A DNA stretch of 64,000 nucleotides, taken from positions 35,488,080 through 35,552,079 of the forward strand of contig OZ037765.1 in NCBI GenBank assembly GCA_964035545.1, read 5' to 3'. This DNA comes from Bugula neritina. Taxonomy: Eukaryota > Animalia > Bryozoa. The notes under the pieces were generated by a model. That model made no database searches, was not told the DNA's origin, and saw nothing but the letters and a program-made list of their open reading frames with translations. The translations under genes were made by a program, and so were the position numbers. Positions 24,986 through 38,000 of the stretch are shown in pieces (the stretch's first letter is position 1; each line of letters begins with the position of its first letter).

Positions 24986-25617
24986 ATAAAATAATATAGA
25001 CAATGATAGGTAGAATAGAAGCAGACTGTAATAGAGGATATACTAAACTTTCGAGATGTCTGTTGATATGCAGATGTCTGATGTTAGGAGCTGTTTCTAT
25101 TATAACAGTCAGAAGATAATCATGTGAGCTCTTTGATTTCTCAGGAGACATGAAAGCTAATTATACCTGTCTTCATCTGAAAACCTCAGCAGTTTTGGTT
25201 TTGGCCAAATAAATAAAAGTTTTTTATTAAAAACAATTTCATGAGCAAGCAAACAATCATTTTTTTCAGAACTGGTGTAAAAAGAGCCCCTCGGTCACCA
25301 TCACTTTAAGACTTTTCAACTATAAGCATTTTGACTGCAAAAGCGCAAATCTGACGCACTGTAGCCAAAAACTCAACATGAAACAGAACTGTGACAAATT
25401 TTGCCTGTCATCTAGGATTTGTTATTAAGGAAAACTCACAAAGATCTGAATAGATCAACAACACTGTAATACTATAATTGTTGTGTTTGGTTAATCTGAA
25501 TCATGCACCGATGTTAATGCTAATACTGTTATGACTACCTGTGCACAGCTATATACACCAGTCTACAACTTGCAAAAATTTAGATGTCAAAAGCCGCTAA
25601 ATAACTTTCAGAAACAA

Positions 25618-25801
25618 AAAGTGAAACTACACTATGATAATAAAGAGAAAGTGAAACTACACTATCATAATAAAAAGAAAGTGAAACTACACTATCATGA
25701 TAAAGAGAAAGTGAAACTACACTATCATAACAAAGAGAAAGTGAAACTACACTATCATAACAAAGAGAAAGTGAAACTACACTATCATAACAAAGAGAAA
25801 G
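25618..25801. repeat. 30-bp minisatellite (gtgaaactacactatcataacaaagagaaa)
   Basis: 6 copies just downstream of the CACHD1-like stop codon. Confidence 0.9.
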
Positions 25802-26029
25802 CACACTGCATCTGCTGCTTTAACCATTTGTTTATTATATCTTAGAAATGTTTACAGTGGATATGAACTCATACAAAGTGACTAATCAGTATTATAATAT
25901 AACAATGTCTAATAATAATATATAGAATAACCAGATATATCAAAATATATTGTCTATTTATCTTAGCTTGTATAACAAAGTTCAGCACAATTTCTTGTCT
26001 TATTTGTTGACAAACATAGCATGAGTTCT

Positions 26030-29000
26030 CTACTCTGGAATAGTGTTAGTTCTTCCAAACATAGCCTGCCCGCCGCTGTTCCAGTTGTTAGATAGCCTAG
26101 CTCCATTCCTGGCTACGTTTGGTATCATGTCGTCCCCCATTGATGCTCTGTAGATGTTAGGATTAAACGACTCAACTGGCCGTATTTTGGTGGGAGGAGT
26201 TTCCACGGGAATCGGAGGTCGTCTTTTCAGAAGGAAAGCTTCAAGAGTGAAAGGTTTAGTGAAATTCAGAGTGACAATATTATATATAATATGTCTATTG
26301 ATAAATTTGCCACATGCTAACACCAACTACAGGGAAGTAAGTGAAGGGTAGAATGTGTAAACTTTATCTGATACTCTACAAATATCTTCCCTAATCTTGG
26401 AGTCTGAATGGATAGTTGATCAAACTGACAAGTCTAACTGTAGGTGAGTCATTAGATTAAAGCTCACCTATGAGCCCAGCTGCTGACAGAGCACCCAGCA
26501 CACCAAGAGGGACACCCAGTCCTGCTGCCAACCCCTTGTAGTCATCATCTGGTTTAGCAGACTTCTGGCTGTTGGCAGCTGGGGGGCAGTTTACTGGAAC
26601 CTTGAAAATATATTATATAGTCGACTAACTACTCGACTAACTACTAACTAGTACATTACTATCTACTAGCTACTCTACTAACAACTAACTAGTACTTTAC
26701 TATCTACTAGCCACTCTACTAACTACTAACTACTCTACTAACTACTAACTAGTACTTTACTATCTACTAGCTACTCTACTAACTACTAACTAGTATTTTA
26801 CTATCTACTATATACATACATTATAACTACAAACTACTAACTATTAACTAACTGTTCATGAGCTGAATAACTGACTTATCTATTTTAAAGTTTGTACTCG
26901 TTTCAGCTAAACAAATCCTAATCATTCAGGTGAAGGAACAGAAAAGTTTTCATAGTCTTTGTTTTCTAATTTTTCTAATATATTTATGGTTGAAGGTTGA
27001 AACTTTCACAAGAACATAACTTTTTGTTTATTTTTCTAAAACACAGGATTTTTTCAGCTTTTTTCACTACTGCACCTTTTTCCACTTTATGTTATAAACT
27101 TAAAGAAGATAGTATTACACACTGACTTACAGGAGCAGGGCAATATGTGGAGCAGAACTGGTGAGCTGTAGTTAGTGTACTAGTTGAGTTATCAGTACTA
27201 GTCCTAGTACTACTCCTAGTACCACTCGTAGTACTACTCATAGTACTAGTCATACTAGCAGTTGAAGTAGTTGGACTACTAGTAGTTGTAGTGACTGGAG
27301 GTGGTACAGAAGGACAGTTGTTGAGACAAACAGATCCAGAGGTTGAGTTGCACCAACTACAGTTCTGTGAGGTTCCAGTAGAAGAGAGACACTTTGCCTT
27401 CGTTAGTCTGAAACATGCAGTGTTTGTCTATTTATACAGCTCTATAGTCTACATATACTACTCTACTGTCTATATATACTACTCTACAGTCTATATATAC
27501 TACTCTACAGTCTATATATACTACTCTATAGTCTATATATACTACTCTATAGTCTATATATACTACTCTATAGTCTATATATATATACTACCCTATAGTC
27601 TATATATACTACCCTATAGTCTATATATACTACTCTATAGTCTATATATACTACTCTACAGTCTATATATACTACTCTATAGTCTATATATACTACTCTA
27701 CTGTCTATATATACTACTCTATAGTCTATATATACTACTCTACAGTCTATATATACTACTCTACAGTCTACATATACTACTCTACAGTCTATATATACTA
27801 CTCTATAGTCTATATATAGAGTAGTATATATGCAAAAATGAGAAAACTTGGTTTTAGTGAATCCACAGTGTCATGGGTTGCTAACTACCTATCAAACCGA
27901 AGTCATTCCACACTAGTAAATGCAACCTTATCAAGTTCACGATCAGTGACCTGTGGGGTTCCCCAGGGATCTGTCTTGGGCCCTACCTTATTTTTGATAT
28001 ATATAAACGATCTTGCTCAACAATTTAAACTTTTTAATCCCATTTTCTATGCCGACGACACTAATTTATTTTTTGAATCAAAAGATTTGAACTCCCATTT
28101 GGAAGCTATAAATCAAGATCTAAACTCTCTGTCAATTTGGTGCAATAAAAACAAACTCACTATAAACTATGAAAAATGCAACTATATTGTTTTAAAAACT
28201 ACCAAAATCCTTTTCAAATTCTAGAAAACTGTATATTATTAAATAAAAGACCTATAAATTACTCTAACAGCATAACTTTTCTAGGTGTACAAATAGATAA
28301 AAATTTAAATTGGAGCTTGCACATCTCAAACCTACTTACAAAATTACGACCACTTAGTGGATTAATATACCGATGTTCTGAATATCTCCCTCAAAAAATT
28401 TTACTTTTGATATATAATTCTTTCATCAATTCCAAGTTAAATTATTGTGCAGAGGCCTGGGGAAATGCAGCTAATACCCATCTAAACAAGATTTTTATTT
28501 TTCAAAAAAAGGTAATGCGTATCATGAACAAAAAACCGTTTGACCATCCATCAGCGCCTCTATTTACTAAGCATAAAGTTCTCTCAATATACCAGATTTA
28601 CCGTTTTAAAGTGTTAAAGAAAGCTCATTCTTTTTTCTACTCTGACAATTTTTTTCCCACTCACTCTATCAATACACGTCAATCATTCATAAATCTCCCC
28701 CTTCCTCACTCTCAAACAGCAGCAGGTCACAGAAGAAACTGTTATCAGGAGGTGGCACTATGGAATGAACTGCCAATCCCTTTACGGTCAATTAGCAACC
28801 CTAATGAATTTGGGAGGAAGTTGAGGCTTTATCTGTTAGAATAGTTGTATTTTTTTGTATTTTTCTGGATAGAGTCGCTGTCAGCTCGTGTTGGCCCGCG
28901 CATGACTAGCTAGGCTATAGCGCAATGGGCCTCATCATCGCCTCCTTGGCATTTTCTAATGTCCTTGTGTTATTAAATACCTTTGATGAAATAAACCAAA

Positions 29001-32000
29001 CAAACAAACAAACAAACAAACTACTCTACAGTCTATATATACTACTCTACAGTCTACATATACTACTCTACAGTCTATATATACTACTCTACAGTCTACA
29101 TATACTACTCTACAGTCTATATATACTACTCTACAGTCTATATATACTACTCTACAGTCTATATATACTACTCTACAGTCTATACTCTACTCTTACCTCG
29201 TGTGACAAGGTGAAGGACAAGGAGGTGGTTGTGGTGTCACCATGTTGAGAGTTGGCGGATCAAGCGGCTCCCAGGGTGCTATAGTAGACATTGTATTATA
29301 TATCAGTAGAAGAGTTGAAGATGGTGTATGATACACACTATAACTCACTACACTTTCATCATATCTGATACACACAATACTGCTAGGAGGAAACTCATAT
29401 CCCTGAGCTACAACTACATACTGTAGAACTAGTTACCATAGAAATGATCATGTGGGTCCTTCAAACTCTGAAAGCTATACAGAACTCAAAACGATGCATA
29501 GCACTGTTAGTAGATGAGATGTGTGGCAGGTGTGTGACAGGTGACATGCGACACTTACCTGGGCATGTGACAGGTGGAAGGAGAAGTTCGTATCTGTTAG
29601 TACAAGGATCAGCTCCCACATCACACTGACACGGACACTGTAACAAATAGCAGTGATATTTCCTTGGTACATCTCATAGCAGTAGCATTGTAGCTGGACA
29701 GCTGACATAGATACGGTATTAGTGAGGAACATGACTTCCCTTACCTGACAGGTAGTCTGAGTGAGGTTACAAGACACACAGTTGGGAGTGCAGGTACAGC
29801 TGGAGTTACTCAGACTGCTGGGAGAGCAGGAAGGTAGAGTCTGTAGAACCAAACAGTGGAGGTTGGTCCGCGGAATGGAGTAGAGAGTGTAGTTCTTGCA
29901 AGAAGGAGAGAGGACACTCCCAGACACACTGGTGTAGTTTGTGTCAATGTCGTAGAACATCTGGGAGAGTTTAGTACTGTATGTCTGTCTGCACCAACGA
30001 GTCTAGAAATACACACAATGTTTTAGTTACACTCTGACAGACATGGCACTGCGTTGTAGTGAGGAGGTGTTTGAATCCTTGAGAGTATATGTGAGAAGAG
30101 CTTAACAATATGAGGGTAGAGTGTTGAGAGAGTATATGTGAGAAGACCTTAACAATGTGAGGGTAGAGTATTGAGAGAGTATATGTGAGAAGACCTTAAC
30201 AATGTGAGGGTAGAGTGTTGAGAGAGTATATGTGAGAAGACCTTAACAATGTGAGGGTAGAGTATTGAGAGAGTATATGTGAGAAGACCTTAACAATGTG
30301 AGGGTAGAGTATTGAGAGAGTATATGTGTGAGAAGACCTTAACAATGTGAGGGTAGAGTGTTGAGAGAGTATATGTGTGAGAAGACCTTAACAATGTGAG
30401 GGTAGAGTGTTGAGAGAGTATATGTGAGAAGACCTTAACAATGTGAGGGTAGAGTATTGAGAGAGTATATGTGTGAGAAGACCTTAACAATGTGAGGGTA
30501 GAGTGTTGAGAGAGTATATGTGAGAAGACCTTAACAATGTGAGGGTAGAGTGTTGAGAGAGTATATGTGAGAAGACCTTAACAATGTGAGGGTAGAGTGT
30601 TGAGAGAGTATGTGTGTGAGAAGACCTTAACAATGTGAGGGTAGAGTATTGAGAGAGTATATGTGTGAGAAGACCTTAACAATGTGAGGGTAGAGTGTTG
30701 AGAGAGTATATGTGAGAAGACCTTAACAATGTGAGGGTAGAGTATTGAGAGAGTATATGTGTGAGAAGACCTTAACAATGTGAGGGTAGAGTGTTGAGAG
30801 AGTACATGTGAGAAGACCTTAACAATGTGAGGGTAGAGTATTGAGAGAGTATATGTGTGAGAAGACCTTAACAATGTGAGGGTAGAGTATTGAGAGAGTA
30901 TGTGTGAAAATACCTTAACAATGTGAGGGTAGAGTATTGAGAGAGTATATGTGAGAAGACCTTAACAATGTGAGGGTAGAGTATTGAGAGAGTACATGAG
31001 AGAAGACCTTAACAATGTGAGGGTAGAGTATTGGGAGAGTATGTGTGAGAAGACCTTAACAATGTGAGGGTAGAGTATTGAGAGAGTACATGAGAGAAGA
31101 CCTTAACAATGTGAGGGTAGAGTATTGAGAGAGTATATGTGAGAAGACCTTAACAATGTGAGGGTAGAGTATTGAGAGAGTATATGTGTGAGAAGACCTT
31201 AACAATGTGAGGGTAGAGTATTGAGAGAGTATGTGTGAAAATACCTTAACAATGTGAGGGTAGAGTATTGAGAGAGTATATGTGAGAAGACCTTAACAAT
31301 GTGAGGGTAGAGTATTGAGAGAGTACATGAGAGAAGACCTTAACAATGTGAGGGTAGAGTATTGGGAGAGTATATGTGTGAGAAGACCTTAACAATGTGA
31401 GGGTAGAGTGTTGAGAGAGTACATGTGAGAAGACCTTAACAATGTGAGGGTAGAGTATTGAGAGAGTATATGTGTGAGAAGACCTTAACAATGTGAGGGT
31501 AGAGTATTGAGAGAGTATGTGTGAAAATACCTTAACAATGTGAGGGTAGAGTATTGAGAGAGTATATGTGAGAAGACCTTAACAATGTGAGGGTAGAGTA
31601 TTGAGAGAGTATGTGTGAGAAGACCTTAACAATGTGAGAGTAGAGTATTGAGAGAGTATGTGTGAGAAGACCTTAACAATGTGAGGGTAGAGTATTGAGA
31701 GAGTATATGTGAGAAGACCTTAACAATGTGAGGGTAGAGTGTTGAGAGTATTTGTGTGAGAAGACCTTAACAATGTGAGGGTAGAGTGTTGAGAGATCTT
31801 CTACAACATCAGGTTCTACTTCCGTCACATGCTTGTGTCTGAGCAGACGAGATTTGGCGGAGTTCTGTGGCGCCTCAGTAATCAGGTATCTGCAGAATAA
31901 CATCAGCATTTCTATTGATTTGACATCAGAACTGACTAGATGTCTGTTTCCGTCACCACATCACATATTACGTTGCCACATGCCAATGATAAGTGTATAC

Positions 32001-35000
32001 CACTCTTTTATGAATTTGATCAAGCTCTCACACACCCACTATTGTGCAGGACAAAACTCACCCGCTGTGGTCAAGCAGAAAACACGCCCACTCAGGGTCA
32101 CTACACTCAGGAATGGTGGTTCTAACCAGGGATCCAAAGTATGTGTATGGAACATCAGCTCCTACGGCCCCCACCATACCATCTCTGTAACACATGTATG
32201 TATAAGTACCATCTCTGTAACACATGTATGTATAAGTACTATCTCTGTAACACATGTATGTATAAGTACCATCTCTGTAACACATGTATGTATAAGTACC
32301 ATCTCTGTAACACATGTATGTATAAGTACTATCTCTGTAACACATGTATGTATAAGTACCATCTCTGTAACACATGTATGTATAAGTACCATCTCTGTAA
32401 CACATGTATGTATAAGTACTATCTCTGTAACACATGTATGTATAAGTACTATCTCTGTAACACATGTATGTATAAGTACCATCTCTGTAACACACGTATG
32501 TATAAGTACCATCTCTGTAACACATGTATGTATAAGTACTATCTCTGTAACACATGTATGTATAAGTACCATCTCTGTAACACATGTATGTATAAGTACT
32601 ATCTCTGTAACACATGTATGTATAAGTACCATCTCTGTAACACATGTATGTATAAGTACTATCTCTGTAACACATGTATGTATAAGTACCATCTCTGTAA
32701 CACATGTATGTATAAGTACTATCTCTACAATGTCTTATATCTATATGTATCTATATGTAGTGTTTAGTATCAGTCTCAGTAACTCACTGGTTAGCAGGAG
32801 AATGCAGGGCAGTGGCCAGTGAAGCTAAACTCTGGTCTCCTGTTGGACTGTAACCAGCTCTGGTGAACACACATCTGTCTTGATAGACTGTGGTCTGTTG
32901 GTACCAGGGCTGTTGGGTCGGGTCATAGTTCACACTGAGCATAGTGCCAGGACTGATTCTGAAGACCCCAGACTTGGTAGCCAGATACCTGTATTGTGAC
33001 TGGAGGGTGTGGCTACCAGCATTCATGACTGAGTCAAAGTCTTGCGTGCACAGCACGTCCTCCACAGCAACGCTTTTCATAACTAAAACAAAACAATTAA
33101 TGTGTTGAGAATAACCAGTATTCAGTTCATCTGACTGTCATATAAACTCATACTCACACTCACTAACTCATACTCTAACCTCCACTCTTTGATGAACTCT
33201 GAGACTTCAACAGAATCTCCAGATCCTTCACATCTTGGCTGGTCTCAGACTGAGTCAGGTATTTGTTGGGATTCTTGAAGGCTATTGGAGCCAGCTTCAA
33301 CACACAACTTGAGTATATAATCATACTGACAGCTTCAACACACAACTTGAGTATATAATCATACTGACAGCTTCAACACACAACTTGAGTATATAATCAC
33401 ACTGACAGCTTCAACACACAACTTGAGTGTATAATCACACTGACAGCTTCAACACACAACTTGAGTATATAATCATACTGACAGCTTCAACACACAACTT
33501 GAGTATATAATCATACAGTGTGTTTCTCGTGGTAGGTATAACTCACTTTTACTGTGGAAAGGAATTGCTTTCTACCAGAAACTGCAGTTTGTCTGATGGC
33601 CGAGTCTTTAGTCACACACAGTGAAGATTTAGAAGCAGAAGTCCTGTTTGATGGACTCTTGAGGTCCAGTCTGTGGTAGTTGACTGTAGGAATGCTGGTC
33701 TGAAATTCAGCATCAGTGAGATCAACACATGGGTAGTCTCTGTCTTAGTAGTGTACTGAGACTAGTACTGTACTGAGACTAGTAGTGTACTGAAACTAGT
33801 ACTGTACTGAGACTAATAGGGTACTGAGACTAGTACTGTACTGAGACTAGTAGTGTACTGAGACTAGTAGTCTACTGAAACTAATACTGTACTGAGACTA
33901 ATAGTGTACTGAGACTAGTAGTGTACTGAGACTAGTAGTGTACTGAGACTAGTACTGTACTGAGACTAGTACTGTACTGTGACTAGTACTGTACTCATAC
34001 CAGTAGTGTACTGTGACTAGTAGTATACTGTGACTAGTAGTGAACTGAGACTAGTACTGTACTGAGACTAGTAGTATACTGAGACTAGTAGTATACTGTG
34101 ACTAGTAGTGAACTGAGACTAGTACTGTACTGTGACTAGTACTGTACTCATACCAGTAGTGTACTGTGACTAGTAGTATACTGTGACTAGTAGTGAACTG
34201 AGACTAGTACTGTACTGAGACTAGTAGTATACTGAGACTAGTAGTATACTGTGACTAGTAGTGAACTGAGACTAGTACTGTACTGAGACTAGTAGTATAC
34301 TGAGACTGGTAGTGTACTGAGACTAGTACTGTACTGAGACTAGTAGTGTACTGAGACTAGTAGTCTACTGAAACTAATACTGTACTGAGACTAATAGTGT
34401 ACTGAGACTAGTACTGTACTGGGACTAGTACTGTACTGTGACTAGTACTGTACTCATACCAGTAGTGTACTGTGACTAGTAGTATACTGTGACTAGTAGT
34501 GAACTGAGACTAGTACTGTACTGAGACTAGTAGTATACTGAGACTGGTAGTGTACTGAGACTAGTAGTGTATTGAAGACACCAGAGAGAATGAAACTTGC
34601 TAGACTTACTATTGGTGGTGGGTTAAGCAGCTGCCGAGAGATAATCTCCTTGTCAGTGTCAAACAGCACAACCACAAGACTGAAGGAGTCTTCAAAGTGA
34701 GGTACAGGCTGATAGTGAAAAGTAGCGTTGAGTTTGAGCTTATAACTTCCATCTAACTGACTGATTCCACGTGACATTGCCAGGGACACCTTCAAAAAAC
34801 GAAAATAATATACTTCGATTACATATTGATTAGCATAATATTATACATGACGTAATGAATCATTACTAGACACATGATATGCTGACTCATTACTAGACAC
34901 ATGATATGCTGACTCATTACTAGACACATGATATGATGACTCATTACTAGACACATGATATGATGACTCATTACTAGACACATGATATGATGACTCATTA

Positions 35001-38000
35001 CTAGACACATGATATGATGACTCATTACTAGACACATGATATGATGACTCATTACTAGACACATGATATGATGACTCATTACTAGACACATAATATGATG
35101 ATTCATTACTAGACACATGATATGATGACTCATTACTAGACACATGATATGATGACTCATTACTAGACACATGATATGATGACTCATTACTAGACACATG
35201 ATATGATGACTCATTACTAGACACATGATATGATAACTCATTACTAGACACATGATATGATGACTCATTACTAGACACATGATATGATGACTCATTACTA
35301 GACACATGATATGATGACTCATTACTAGACACATGATATGATGACTCATTACTAGACACATGATATAATGACTCATTACTAGACACATGATATGATACTC
35401 ATTACTAGACACATGATATGATGACTCATTACTAGACACATGATATGATGACTCATTACTAGACACATGATATGATGACTCATTACTAGACACATGATAT
35501 GATGACTCATTACTAGACACATGATATGATGACTCATTACTAGACACATGATATGATGACTCATTACTAGACACATGATATGATGACTCATTACTAGACA
35601 CATGATATGATGACTCATTACTAGACACATGATATGATGACTCATTACTAGACACATGATATGATGACTCATTACTAGACACATGATATGATGACTCATT
35701 ACTAGACACATGATATGATGACTCCTTACTAGACACATGATATGATGACTCATTACTAGACACATGATATGATGACTCATTACTAGACACATGATATGAT
35801 GACTCATTACTAGACACATGATATGATGACTCCTTACTAGACACATGATATGATGACTCATTATTAGACACATGATATGATGACTCATTACTAGACACAT
35901 GATATGATGACTCATTACTAGACACATGATATGATGACTCATTACTAGACACATGATATGATGACTCATTACTAGACACATGATATGATGACTCATCACT
36001 AGATACCTGAGACCCGTAAGATCCTGTTGACCCTGAAGTTGTTATTTCTTTGATGATGGAGGGAGGAAGACTCGGCTCTGCTATATCCAAAGTAACAAAG
36101 TCGATATTTCGTTGGAGAAGACTTGGCCTGGCAAAGTTTCTGTGACTCAACACTTTGCCTAAAGTTTTAGTAAACAGCTAGATACAAGGATAAGTAAACA
36201 GCTAGATACAAGGATAAGTACACAGCTAGATACAAGGACAAGTACACACACTAATATTCAACTCTTCAGCAGCCATTAAGATGCATAGAAATTTTGTTGT
36301 AGCTGTACAGCCCCTATCTCCTCTAGTTACAAGAAACGCATATCTGTACAGCCCCTACCTCCTCTAGTTACAAGAAACGCACATCTGTACAGTCCCTACC
36401 TCCTCTAGTTACAAGAAACGCATATCTGTACAGCCCCTACCTCCTCTAGTTACAAGAAACGCGTAGCTGTACAGCCCCTACCTCCTCTAGTTACAAGAAA
36501 CGCATATCTGTACAGCCCCTACCTCCTCTAGTTACAAGAAACGTGTAGCTGTACAGCCCCTACCTCCTCTAGTTACAAGAAACGCGTAGCTGTACAGTCC
36601 CTTGCGGTAATGAGTCACTTCATCAAACAGGGAGTTGAACTTCACGTCTGCTGCGGTCACTCCAAACAACTTCCCAGAAAGCATATCAACCAGAGGTTTG
36701 GCCATCGTCATAACAAGCCCTAAATTGTAATACTCAGTGTACACGAATACAATACTCTTTACACTATATATTATATACTCTTTACACTATATATTACATA
36801 CTCTTTACACTATATATTATATACTCTTTACACTATATATTACATACTCTTTACACTATATATTATATACTCTTTACACTACATATTATATACTCTTTAC
36901 ACTACATATTATATACTCTTTACACTATATATTACATACTCTTTACACTACATATTATATACTCTTTACACTACATATTATATACTCTTTACACTACATA
37001 TTATATACTCTTTACACTACATATTATATACTCTTTACACTATATATTACATACTCTTTACGCTACATATTATATACTCTTCACACTATATATTATATAC
37101 TCTTTACACTATATATTATATACTCTTTACACTATATATTATATACTCTTTACACTACATATTATATACTCTTTACACTATATATTATATACTCTTTACA
37201 CTACATATTATATACTCTTTACACTATATATTATATACTCTTTACACTATATATTATATACTCTTTACACTACATATTATATACTCTTTACACTATATAT
37301 TACATACTCTTTACACTATATATTATATACTCTTTACACTATATATTATATACTCTTTACACTACATATTATATACTCTTTACACTATATGTTATATACT
37401 CTTTACACTATATATTATATACTCTTTACACTACATATTATATACTCTCTACATTGTATATTATATACTCTTTACACTACATACTATATACTCTTTACAC
37501 TATATATTATATACTCTTTACACTACATATTATATACTCTCTACTGACTTACCGTGTTGTGGGTCTACAAAGGGTAGAGTGAAGCTGACAGAGCGAGACA
37601 CAGACTGAGGATAATTCAGATAGTAACTGCCCATCATTTCCCTCAGGTTGGAGGCGTTTTGAATCGGGATCCATTCAAAGTGACCAGCTGGTCCTACGGG
37701 GCCAGAATAGCCCTGATGGTATAGACAAGTGTTTTATTTATATACTACTATATCAATATATTATCACATGTCTAATTCATATACTAATATATCAATATAT
37801 TATCACATGTCTAATTCATATACTACTATTTCAATATATTATCACATGTCTAACTTATATATTACTATATCAATGTATTATCACATGTCTAACTTATATA
37901 CTACTATATCAATATATTATCACATGTCTAATTCATATACTACTATATCAATATATTATCACATGTCTAATTCATATACTACTATATCAATATATTATCA

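Noticed and set aside
30040-30100. Possible new intron created by tandem duplication of aag|gt, with a novel exon after the last repeat
   Set aside because: Direct splicing from 31766 to 30002 gives a gap-free match to the family sequence, so no extra exon is needed.
34819-36006. 444-aa ORF extending the exon into SSNESSYHV repeats
   Set aside because: The donor at 36006 joins in frame to the next exon; the extension is the intronic 27-mer.
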